This document shows, in pieces, positions 29,722 to 38,296 of a DNA stretch of 64,000 nt (position 1 is the stretch's first letter; each line of letters begins with the position of its first letter). Under the pieces are notes generated by a model. That model made no database searches. It was not told the DNA's origin and worked only from the letters and a program-made list of their open reading frames with translations. Source of the stretch: Thermodesulfovibrionia bacterium (lineage in GTDB: Bacteria > Nitrospirota > Thermodesulfovibrionia > UBA6902); NCBI GenBank assembly GCA_963699585.1, contig CAVOUK010000011.1, positions 125,231 to 189,230 on the forward strand, given 5' to 3'. The translations under genes and the position numbers were made by a program.

Positions 29722-30657
29722 CTAAGACAATGCGTTTAATGTCTCTTGCAGACTCTTTGCATCCTCAACATTAAAGATCCTCACATTTCCCTCTATCCTC
29801 TTTATAAGCCCGGACAAGACTTTTTTAGGTCCGACCTCTATAAATGTATCAACCCCGCTTCCAACCATGACCTTTACAGAATCTTCCCATAAAAGAGGTT
29901 GATTAAGCTGACGGACCAGTGATTCCTTGATCTCCCGAGGATCTTTTAAAAAGGCAGCGTCAGCATTATTCACAATCGGAATTTGTGCCGGATGCAACGG
30001 GGTGTTATTCAGCAATACCGCGAGTCTTTCCGATGCTCCCTTCATAAGGGTGCAGTGTGAAGGCACAGACACGGCAAGCGGAATCGCCCGTTTTGCTCCT
30101 GCATTTTTTGCAAGTTCTATCGCCTCTTCAACGGCATTCTTTTCACCCGCAATAACTGTCTGTCCGGGACAATTATAATTTGCAGGAGCTGCGTAACCGG
30201 ACCGGACTGAAGCGCATACTTTAACTATCGCTTCTCTTTCGAGTCCTATAATTGCGGCCATCAAACCTTTGCCTTCCGGCACCGCCTCCTGCATATATTG
30301 CCCTCTTTTCTCCGTGATCTTCACTGCGTCTGCAAATGGAATAACGCCTGCAGCAGTTACAGCGGTATATTCGCCGAGGCTGTGGCCCGCTATGCAAAAA
30401 GGGGTGATGCCTTTTGCAGAGAGGACCTTAAATGCAGCATAACCGGCAGTAAGAAGACACGGCTGTGTCCTGAAGGTTTTATTCAGTTCATTCTCAGGCC
30501 CGTTGAAACTGAGTCCGGCAACATCATAACCCAAAGCGTCAGATGCTGTTCTGTATATTTCTTTTACTTCCTCAAAATTATCATATAGATCTTTTCCCAT
30601 TCCGACATGCTGCGACCCCTGACCGGGGAAGACAAAGGCAATTTTCATTTTGATCAT
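29722..30657 (-). CDS. fabD: malonyl-CoA:ACP transacylase
   Basis: 311 aa; 'FVFPGQGSQ', 'GHSLGEYTA' active-site motifs. Confidence 0.9.
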   Translation of the reverse strand: MIKMKIAFVFPGQGSQHVGMGKDLYDNFEEVKEIYRTASDALGYDVAGLSFNGPENELNKTFRTQPCLLTAGYAAFKVLSAKGITPFCIAGHSLGEYTAVTAAGVIPFADAVKITEKRGQYMQEAVPEGKGLMAAIIGLEREAIVKVCASVRSGYAAPANYNCPGQTVIAGEKNAVEEAIELAKNAGAKRAIPLAVSVPSHCTLMKGASERLAVLLNNTPLHPAQIPIVNNADAAFLKDPREIKESLVRQLNQPLLWEDSVKVMVGSGVDTFIEVGPKKVLSGLIKRIEGNVRIFNVEDAKSLQETLNALS

Positions 30658-30744
30658 GACCTCCTGAAATAATAAGACTGCCTGAAAATTATACCTTTTG
30701 TTTTAGCCTAAATCAACGAATCGGCCTTGACAGCAAAAGCGCGG

Positions 30745-30840
30745 AAGTGAAGAAGCGCGGAAGCCTGGAAGTGTAGGAGTCATCCGTTGCTTCATCACTT
30801 CATCACTTCATCACTTCTTCGCTTCAGCACTTAACAGGTT
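30745..30840. repeat. intergenic repeat block (gcgcggaagtgaag x2, aagcctggaag, CATCACTT x4)
   Basis: Direct and inverted short repeats; 'gcgcggaagtgaag' also at 29651-29664 and 'aagcctgcaagc' relatives at 29676-29689, 50205-50222, 54145-54160. Confidence 0.55.
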
Positions 30841-30997
30841 TTTTGGCCATGGCTTGCTCCAAATAATAATTTACAAATAAACCGGGCTAATGTAATGCGT
30901 CATTTTAGCCGAATAATCATATATATGAAGCAAGTATCTCCTTATCGATACTATATTAATTTATTAAACAAAATGGTCAGGACGGTACAATAATTTT

Positions 30998-31648
30998 ATG
31001 TTAGTCAGATATTTCATGACTCCCGAAATAATTACGCTTTCTCCTGAACAAGGATGTCTTGAAGCATTACATTATCTCAAGAGACATCACATCCGGAGGG
31101 CCCCGGTACTGAAAAACGATCAGCTTGTTGGAATGATAAGTGAGCGGGACCTGTATCGCGTTCTTCCGCGAACACTTTTACAGGCCTCCCAGGAAGGTGA
31201 AGCAAGTATAAATATATCTGTTAAGGATGTTATGACAACTCATGTCCAGGTTGTAAGTCCAAACGATCACCTGGAAACGGCTGCGTTCCTGATGCTTAAA
31301 CACAAGATCGGGGCCATGCCTGTTGTAAAGGACGGACAAATTAAAGGGCTTATCACTGAATCGGATATTTTCAAAGCCATGTGGAACATCCTTTCCCACA
31401 AGACCAGCTGTCGCATACTATTTTTTGATAAAGACCAGGATACGGACAAAGAGCCAAACGATTACATAGAATTGTGTTTAAGGCATCATTGCGTGGTCCA
31501 GACCTTTTTATCATGCCCCAAACCGGATGGCGGATATATGCACTACCTCTGCGTCCAGGGAACAGGCATTGATAACCTTATTAACGATCTATGGTCTCAT
31601 TCCTGCGAAGTCATTATTGTAGAGAAAGGCACTAATACAAAAGATTAG
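30998..31648 (+). CDS. CBS-pair domain protein with C-terminal Cys/His-rich domain
   Basis: 216 aa; two CBS motifs ('PVLKNDQLVGMISERDL', 'MPVVKDGQIKGLITESDI'). Confidence 0.7.
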   Translation: MLVRYFMTPEIITLSPEQGCLEALHYLKRHHIRRAPVLKNDQLVGMISERDLYRVLPRTLLQASQEGEASINISVKDVMTTHVQVVSPNDHLETAAFLMLKHKIGAMPVVKDGQIKGLITESDIFKAMWNILSHKTSCRILFFDKDQDTDKEPNDYIELCLRHHCVVQTFLSCPKPDGGYMHYLCVQGTGIDNLINDLWSHSCEVIIVEKGTNTKD

Positions 31649-31659
31649 CTGAAAGAACG

Positions 31660-32856
31660 TTAAATCCCTTTTATTTCCTTTATCTTCCTGGTCAGCATCG
31701 GTACTATCTCAAACAGGTCTCCGACAATGCCATAAGTCGCAACATTGAAGATCGGGGCTTCAGGATTCTTATTGATGGCAATTATTATGTCTGATGACTG
31801 CATGCCGACAAGGTGCTGGACTGCCCCTGAAATGCCGCAGGCAAAATATATTTTTGGATTGACCGTTTTGCCGGTCTGCCCGACCTGATGACTGTATGAA
31901 ATCCATCCTTCGTCAACAGCAGCCCTTGATGCGCCCACAACTCCGTTTAATGCCAGTGCAAGCTCTTCAAGCAATTTAAAACCTTTTTCTCCAACTCCCC
32001 TTCCGCCTGCAACGATAATTTCTGCCTCATGAAGGTTCACGCTGATCCCGGAAACTTCCTTGACCGAATCTGTTACTTTTGTCCTTGAAGAAATGTTATC
32101 CATTTGTACATTGAGAATTTCGCCTGTCCTGTTTTCATCATAAGTGCCCCGCTTCATCACGCGCGGCCTGACGGTTGCCATCTGAGGACGATAATCAGGA
32201 CAGAGGATCGTTGCCATTATATTGCCGCCGAATGCCGGACGCACCTGAAGAAGATTTTTAGTCTCTTTATCTATCTCAAGTGAAGTGCAGTCTGCTGTCA
32301 GGCCTGTTCTGAGCCGTGCTGCGACTCTTGGGATAAACGATCTTCCTACCGGTGTCGCTCCAGCAAGGACAATGGATGGCTTCTGTTCATTGATCACCCT
32401 GGTGAGGATATCGGCATAGGGACCATCGTTAAATTTAATCAACTCAGAATCACTGCACAGGTAAACCCTGTCAGCGCCCCATTTGATAAGTTCCTTTGCT
32501 TCCGATTCATCAGCGCCGAGCATCACAGCCAGCAGCTTTGTGCCGAGTTCATCAGCAAGCCTTCTGCCGATCCCGAGAAGCTCAATAGAAACCGGGGCCG
32601 CCTTCCCTTCCCTCTGTTCTGCAAAAACAAGCACGTCTTTATAATCTTCAAGCTGACTGCTGAAAGCTGAACGCTGAACGCTTTCTTCTGTCTCGTATAT
32701 CGCTCCCTCAGGACATACCGATATGCATGTCTTGCAGTAATTACAATATTCATTGATAAATGCCTTCCCCTCTTTCATCACAATAGCGTCAAACGGACAG
32801 GAGCTTAAACAGGTTTCACACCCTGAACACTTTTCAATTCTGACAACTATAGACAT
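31660..32856 (-). CDS. etfA: electron transfer flavoprotein alpha subunit with N-terminal 2x[4Fe-4S] ferredoxin domain
   Basis: 398 aa; '[12 protein letters not shown]' and '[12 protein letters not shown]' ferredoxin motifs followed by EtfA FAD-binding region. Confidence 0.8.
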   Translation of the reverse strand: MSIVVRIEKCSGCETCLSSCPFDAIVMKEGKAFINEYCNYCKTCISVCPEGAIYETEESVQRSAFSSQLEDYKDVLVFAEQREGKAAPVSIELLGIGRRLADELGTKLLAVMLGADESEAKELIKWGADRVYLCSDSELIKFNDGPYADILTRVINEQKPSIVLAGATPVGRSFIPRVAARLRTGLTADCTSLEIDKETKNLLQVRPAFGGNIMATILCPDYRPQMATVRPRVMKRGTYDENRTGEILNVQMDNISSRTKVTDSVKEVSGISVNLHEAEIIVAGGRGVGEKGFKLLEELALALNGVVGASRAAVDEGWISYSHQVGQTGKTVNPKIYFACGISGAVQHLVGMQSSDIIIAINKNPEAPIFNVATYGIVGDLFEIVPMLTRKIKEIKGI

Positions 32857-32884
32857 TAGTATTCCCTCTTCATTCGCCTTAGGC

Positions 32885-33667
32885 TCATATGCATTTGATA
32901 TTCCTCAGTTCAGTAATTAAGGCATTTACCTGTTCTTCCGGTGCGCCTTCAATAATTTTCCTCTCTGCCTTTATCTGGGGAGCAAAGATATTCTTGACCT
33001 GTGTGGGTGAACCTTTTAATCCGAGATTGTTCTCGTCGGCCTCTATTTCAGCCTTGCCCATCTTTTTTATTACGGCCTTTTTAGCAGCCATCTTCCCTTT
33101 TAACGAAGGCATCCTCGGCTGGTTCAATTCTTTTACTGCCGTGAGTAATACCGGAAGAGAAGATTCCACGATATCGTATCCTTCATCCATGAGTCTCTGC
33201 ACCCTGATATAATTATCTTTAACTTCTTCAACTTTTCTTATGTATGAAATATGCGGAATACCTAAAAATTCCGCTGTCTCAGGGCCCACCTGTGCGGTAT
33301 CACCGTCAATAGCCTGCTTGCCGCAGAAGATAATGTCAGCGCCGAGCTTCTTTATCGCCTGTGCAAGTGTATATGAAGTCGCCCATGTATCGGAGCCCGC
33401 AAAAGCCCTGTCTGAAAGAAGCACCGCCTCATCAGCTCCCATGGAGATCGTTTCTCTGAGGGCTGTTTCCGCCTGCGGCGGCCCCATGGTAAGAACGGTG
33501 ACCTTGCCGCCAAGCTGCTCCCTTATCTGAATTGCCGCCTCAAGGGCGTGAAGGTCAAAAGGATTGATGATGCTCGGGACCCCTTCCCTCATAAGGGTGT
33601 TTGTCTCCGGATTGATCTTTATCTCCGCTGTATCCGGGACCTGTTTTATGCATACTATGATGTTCAT
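32885..33667 (-). CDS. etfB: electron transfer flavoprotein beta subunit
   Basis: 260 aa; 'MNIIVCIKQVPD' EtfB N-terminus. Confidence 0.85.
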   Translation of the reverse strand: MNIIVCIKQVPDTAEIKINPETNTLMREGVPSIINPFDLHALEAAIQIREQLGGKVTVLTMGPPQAETALRETISMGADEAVLLSDRAFAGSDTWATSYTLAQAIKKLGADIIFCGKQAIDGDTAQVGPETAEFLGIPHISYIRKVEEVKDNYIRVQRLMDEGYDIVESSLPVLLTAVKELNQPRMPSLKGKMAAKKAVIKKMGKAEIEADENNLGLKGSPTQVKNIFAPQIKAERKIIEGAPEEQVNALITELRNIKCI

Positions 33668-33848
33668 TTATTTCTCCAGAACATTTATTTAATAATGACA
33701 AAATAAAACAATAACAAAAAACTACAGGAAATTATACGACCAGAATTGGTGTGTATTATACGATATTAAATTTAGTTAGGTCTACCCTGACAGAAAAGTC
33801 GCAAAAGGGAATCCTGAACTAATCGGGGGAAGATCACAATAATGTGTC

Positions 33849-35903
33849 TTAGCTGCGCAATTCGGCGTTAAGTGTGTTTTTGAGTCTCTCGACGATAGTG
33901 GAGTGCAGGGAATCAACCTCTTCGTCAGTCAAGGTCCTGTCAGCGGCCCTGTAACGAATGGAAAAGGCGAGGCTCTTTTTGTCTTCAGGAATTGGTTTCC
34001 CTGTATAAATATCAAATAATGTTACTGCTTCAATGAGATTTGAAGCAACACCCGATATTTCCCTGTTCACCTGTTCAACCAACACCTCATTTGAAACTAT
34101 TATTGCGACATCTCTTTCAACATAAGGGAATTTCGGCAATGACACAAACGTTGTTCCGGATGATACATGTTCAAGTAATTTCTCTAAATCGTAAATTTCA
34201 AGTATGGTCAGGCTGCCTTTAATGTCAAATGACTCCGAGACGCGGGGATGGATTGTACCGAGTGAGCCTGTCTTCTCTCCATTTACAATTATGTTGCACG
34301 ATTTGCCCGGGTGAAGGTATGGCTCTATCGAAGACATATCCTGTACTAAATGGTATTGTTTTATTTTTAAGTCCCTGAAAAGATTTTCGAGTACGCCTTT
34401 TAGATCATAGAAACCGTCATGTTTGTTTTCCCATAACATTGCTGACTTATTATTATTAGAGATTGCAGCCATCTGAACGATTTCATTCGGCAGTTTCCGG
34501 TCCGAGGGAAGAAAGACCCTCGACACCTCAAAAAAACTGATATCTTTTTCTCCACGGTTCAGATTTAAACTTACATTATTGAGCAAAGCCGGTATCAGAC
34601 TGGTCCTCATCGCTGATTCCTCTTTTCTCAAAGGATTTTTTATGAAAACCAGATTTCTTCTTTTATCATCAGACGGTAAATTTAATTTATCAAGTGTGTC
34701 AGGCTTGAAGAAACTGTAATTTATCGCTTCTGAAAATCCTGACCTTATCATGGAATTTTTTGTGGTCCTGATCATGTCCTGCCGTTTATTTACAGGAGCA
34801 GGCTGCATCTTGATGCACGGCAGCGTGGCAGGAATTTTATCGTAACCGTAAAGTCTTGCAAGTTCCTCTATTACATCCATATCTCTCTGGATATCCTGTC
34901 TGAAGCCTGGAGGAGTTACAATATACCCCTCCCCTTCCCTTTTAGTTTCAAAGCCAAGGCTGTTCAATATTTTTTGAACAGATGATTCTTTAATTTCAAT
35001 ACCGAGGAGTGAATTTATCTTTTCAGTCCTGATAAATATTTTTTTAAGCTCATAAGGCTCCGGATAAATATCGGTCAGGTTTGAAACCCTCCCTCCCGCA
35101 ATTTCAGCGATCATTTGCGCGGCCCTGTCAAGCGCCTTTGCAACATTGTCTATATCAACTCCTCTTTCAAATCTGTATGAAGACTCGGAAGTAATATTCA
35201 GCGCCTTGGATGTTCTCCTTATTGAAGCAGGATGGAAATATGCGCTTTCAATAAGTACGTTGACCGTTGATAAAGAAACTTCGGTGTTCTGTCCGCCCAT
35301 GACCCCGGCTAAAGCAACAGGCTTTTCCGCATCCCATATCAGCAGCATATCTTTGCTTAATTTTCTGTCTTCATCATCAAGTGTACGGAAGCTTATTTCC
35401 GGACCTGCTGTCTTGACCACAATTTTCTGTTCAGTAAGTTTATCGAGGTCAAAGGCATGGAGGGGCTGCCCCATTTCCAGAAGTACATAGTTGGTAACGT
35501 CAACTATGTTATACGAAGCCCTGAACCCATGAGACTCAAGACGTTTAATAAGCCATGCAGGGGAAGGAGCAGGTTTCACGCCGGAAATTGTCCTTGACGC
35601 ATATCTTTTACAAAGCCGGGAATCTTTTATCTCAATTTCAGGACCTCTGCCTTCCTGTTTCAGTACGTCAATTGATATAGCTTTAAAAGGAACTTCCAGG
35701 ATCGCTGATATTTCACGGGCAATTCCTTTAATGCATAGACAGTCGGGCCTGTTTGGAGTTACATTGATATCAAGTAAGGTATCACCTTCGATATCTTCCA
35801 TACCTTCAACTTCAAAACCTGCCATGGTAAGGGCGTGGGCCAATTCCTTTGGCGAAAGTTTAAAATCTGCAAATTCCCTGAGCCATTTGTAAGACGCCTT
35901 CAA
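33849..35903 (-). CDS. pheT: phenylalanine--tRNA ligase beta subunit (short form, lacks N-terminal tRNA-binding OB domain)
   Basis: 684 aa, TTG start; B3/4, B5, FDX-ACB domains recognisable. Confidence 0.9.
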   Translation of the reverse strand: MKASYKWLREFADFKLSPKELAHALTMAGFEVEGMEDIEGDTLLDINVTPNRPDCLCIKGIAREISAILEVPFKAISIDVLKQEGRGPEIEIKDSRLCKRYASRTISGVKPAPSPAWLIKRLESHGFRASYNIVDVTNYVLLEMGQPLHAFDLDKLTEQKIVVKTAGPEISFRTLDDEDRKLSKDMLLIWDAEKPVALAGVMGGQNTEVSLSTVNVLIESAYFHPASIRRTSKALNITSESSYRFERGVDIDNVAKALDRAAQMIAEIAGGRVSNLTDIYPEPYELKKIFIRTEKINSLLGIEIKESSVQKILNSLGFETKREGEGYIVTPPGFRQDIQRDMDVIEELARLYGYDKIPATLPCIKMQPAPVNKRQDMIRTTKNSMIRSGFSEAINYSFFKPDTLDKLNLPSDDKRRNLVFIKNPLRKEESAMRTSLIPALLNNVSLNLNRGEKDISFFEVSRVFLPSDRKLPNEIVQMAAISNNNKSAMLWENKHDGFYDLKGVLENLFRDLKIKQYHLVQDMSSIEPYLHPGKSCNIIVNGEKTGSLGTIHPRVSESFDIKGSLTILEIYDLEKLLEHVSSGTTFVSLPKFPYVERDVAIIVSNEVLVEQVNREISGVASNLIEAVTLFDIYTGKPIPEDKKSLAFSIRYRAADRTLTDEEVDSLHSTIVERLKNTLNAELRS

Positions 35904-35919
35904 CTAAATCTCCTAATTT

Positions 35920-35975
35920 GTAGGGGCAATCCCCTGTGGTTGCCCTGAATAAGGGCGGGTTAAAACCCGCCCCTA
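35920..35975. repeat. REP-like GC-rich palindrome (GTAGGGGC ... GGGCGGGTT-AA-AACCCGCCCCTAC)
   Basis: Fills the pheS-pheT intergenic gap; bounded by GTAGGGG/CCCCTAC. Confidence 0.75.
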
Positions 35976-36992
35976 CTAAAACTGTTCCAGAAACCTTTTA
36001 TCGTTTTCGTAAAACAATCTGATATCATCAATGCCGTATTTGAGCATCGCAACACGTTCTATGCCCATCCCAAACGCAAAGCCGGTATATTGTTCAGGAT
36101 CGTATCCGGCCATTTCGAATACTCTCGGATTGATCATGCCGGCGCCGAGTATCTCCAGCCAGCCGGTTTTTTTACAAACATTACATCCCGCGCCTTTGCA
36201 AATGACGCAGGATATGTCAATCTCTGCGCTCGGTTCAGTAAACGGGAAAAAGCTCGGCCTGAAACGTAATTTTGTGTCAGGCCCGAACACCATATGAATA
36301 AAGACTTCCAGAACTCCCTTCAGGTCGCTCATTGCGATATTCCTGTCGACCATAAAACCTTCAAGCTGGTGGAACATCGGTATATGAGTTACGTCGGCAT
36401 CGCATCTGTATACCTTTCCCGGTGCGATAACTCTTAACGGCGGGGCATTTTTTTCCATGACACGCACTTGAACGGATGAAGTATGTGTTCTTAATACAAC
36501 ATCTTCTGAAATATAAAAAGTATCCTGCATATCTCTCGCGGGATGGTCCCTGGGCATATTAAGGGCTTCGAAATTATAAAAATCGAGTTCAACCTCGGGT
36601 CCTTCCTCGACATGGAACCCTAATGAACTGAATATGCCGATGATCTCATCAAGGACCTGTGTTGTGGGGTGAAGACGTCCGTTTGGTATATAGAATCCGG
36701 GGACGGTAACGTCAATGCGCTGCGTTTGGAGGGTCCTGTTTAATTCAAGGGTCTTGAAAGCTGCTTCATGTCTGGCAAGCAGGTCCTCAATGTAGATTTT
36801 TGCTTCATTAAGGATTTGCCCGTATTCGCGCCTGTCTTCCTGGGGAATTGAACCGAGGGATTTTAATTTGCCGGTAAGAATACCTTTTTTGCCAAGGTAT
36901 TTTATTTTTAAATCCTGAATTGATCTAAGGCTATCAGTTTTTTCTATTTCCTCCCCGGCAAGGTCCTTTATGGATTGGATGTCATTGAGCAT
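35976..36992 (-). CDS. pheS: phenylalanine--tRNA ligase alpha subunit
   Basis: 338 aa; class II aaRS motifs; 11 bp overlap with rplT. Confidence 0.9.
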   Translation of the reverse strand: MLNDIQSIKDLAGEEIEKTDSLRSIQDLKIKYLGKKGILTGKLKSLGSIPQEDRREYGQILNEAKIYIEDLLARHEAAFKTLELNRTLQTQRIDVTVPGFYIPNGRLHPTTQVLDEIIGIFSSLGFHVEEGPEVELDFYNFEALNMPRDHPARDMQDTFYISEDVVLRTHTSSVQVRVMEKNAPPLRVIAPGKVYRCDADVTHIPMFHQLEGFMVDRNIAMSDLKGVLEVFIHMVFGPDTKLRFRPSFFPFTEPSAEIDISCVICKGAGCNVCKKTGWLEILGAGMINPRVFEMAGYDPEQYTGFAFGMGIERVAMLKYGIDDIRLFYENDKRFLEQF

Positions 36993-37341
36993 TCCCTTTT
37001 TTAACCATTTCTACAAGGCTGTTGAAGGCCTGCGGATTGCTGTAAGCCATATCTGCAAGGGCTTTCCTGTTTAATGCAATATCCTGCTTTTTGAGTTTAT
37101 TCATGAATTGACTGTAAGACATTCCAAGGGCCCTGACTGCCGCATTGATCCTGATGATCCATAAGGACCTGAAATCTCTTTTCTTCAACCTTCTGTCTTT
37201 ATAGGCATAAGTCAATGCCTTATCAACCGCCTCTGTTGCGATCCTGTACAGACGGCTCTTGGACCCGTAATAGCCTTTTGTCATCTGGAGAATCTTCTTT
37301 CTTCTCCTTCTTGTTTTAAAACCACCTTTTGCTCTTGGCAT
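36982..37341 (-). CDS. rplT: 50S ribosomal protein L20
   Basis: 119 aa, '[16 protein letters not shown]...'. Confidence 0.9.
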   Translation of the reverse strand: MPRAKGGFKTRRRRKKILQMTKGYYGSKSRLYRIATEAVDKALTYAYKDRRLKKRDFRSLWIIRINAAVRALGMSYSQFMNKLKKQDIALNRKALADMAYSNPQAFNSLVEMVKKGNAQ

Positions 37342-37382
37342 TTATACTTACCTCCTGAATTAGCTTTTTAAATTCTTTTTAT

Positions 37383-37454
37383 GTCATTCCTGCGAAAGTG
37401 TAGGGGCAATTCATGAATTGTCCCTACTGGATTCCGCATCAAGTGCGGAATGAC
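37383..37454. repeat. REP-like nested palindrome (GTCATTCC ... GTAGGGGCAATTCA|TGAATTGTCCCTAC ... GGAATGAC)
   Basis: In the rpmI-rplT intergenic region; inner near-perfect 28 bp palindrome starting GTAGGGG, outer 8 bp inverted repeats. Confidence 0.7.
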
Positions 37455-37558
37455 AGCAGTGTTATATTTTTTTAAAGCAAACGTAATTATACAATAATTA
37501 TCGAAAAATATGAATACTTGTTATTTAAATTATTAGAGAGAAACTAAAGTGGTTGAAT

Positions 37559-37756
37559 TTAATAAGGCATCATTTTGATAATGTGAACAAAATTTGTCTT
37601 ATGGACCATTCCGCTTTTTCTCAGATGTTTTGTCCTTTTAGAGGACTTGTGTGTCAAAATATGGCTCCTGAAAGCCTTGCTCCGTTTAAACTTGCCGGAT
37701 GCGGTCTTCCTGAACCTCTTGGTAGCTCCTCTATGTGTTTTCAGCTTTGGCATTTT
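37559..37756 (-). CDS. rpmI: 50S ribosomal protein L35
   Basis: 65 aa '[33 protein letters not shown]...'; ORF-track entry 37559-37810 is an upstream extension. Confidence 0.85.
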   Translation of the reverse strand, partial: KMPKLKTHRGATKRFRKTASGKFKRSKAFRSHILTHKSSKRTKHLRKSGMVHKTNFVHIIKMMPY

Positions 37757-37796
37757 ACCTCCCGATTCTTCATATTTCTCACTTTTAACTTCCCAC

Positions 37797-38294
37797 TTAT
37801 TTTGGCACAAGGACCATTGTCATGCGGTTGCCTTCCATTTTTGGCGCCTGCTCGATATTGGCTGTCTCTGAAAATTCTTCTGTGATGCGTCTAAAAACCT
37901 TCTGAGCAATTGATGCATGAACAATCTCTCTGCCTCTGAACATCATGGTGATCTTTGCTTTATCTCCGTGCTCCAGGAATCTTTTCAGATGATTCATTTT
38001 GAAGAGCAGATCATGTTCATTGATCTGCGGTCTGACTTTTATTTCTTTCAAGGATATCGTTTTATGCTTTGTTGTATTCTTCTTGCCTTGCTGGTAACGA
38101 TACTTTCCGTAATCCATTATCTTGCAGACAGGCGGTTGTGCAGCCGGCGCTACTTCTACAAGATCAAGGTCATGCTCCAATGCGAGCTTTAAAGCACTGC
38201 GTATATCCATTACACCCAATTGACTTCCGTCATGACCTATTACTCTAAGTTCTTTTGCCCTTATCCAACGATTTATCCTTAACTCTTTTTCTAT
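37797..38294 (-). CDS. infC: translation initiation factor IF-3, likely AUA start
   Basis: The conserved N-terminus '[28 protein letters not shown]' lies in frame upstream of the TTG/ATG in the ORF track. The only start-like codon is ATA, 5 nt after AGGAGG, directly following the thrS stop (TAG within AGGAGGTAG). Confidence 0.75.
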   Translation of the reverse strand: MEKELRINRWIRAKELRVIGHDGSQLGVMDIRSALKLALEHDLDLVEVAPAAQPPVCKIMDYGKYRYQQGKKNTTKHKTISLKEIKVRPQINEHDLLFKMNHLKRFLEHGDKAKITMMFRGREIVHASIAQKVFRRITEEFSETANIEQAPKMEGNRMTMVLVPK

Positions 38295-38296
38295 GA

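Noticed and set aside
30780-30815. CATCACTT x4 tandem repeat, checked as a possible CRISPR or mini-satellite
   Set aside because: Only four 8-bp units with no spacers and no cas genes; part of a larger intergenic repeat block, not a CRISPR.
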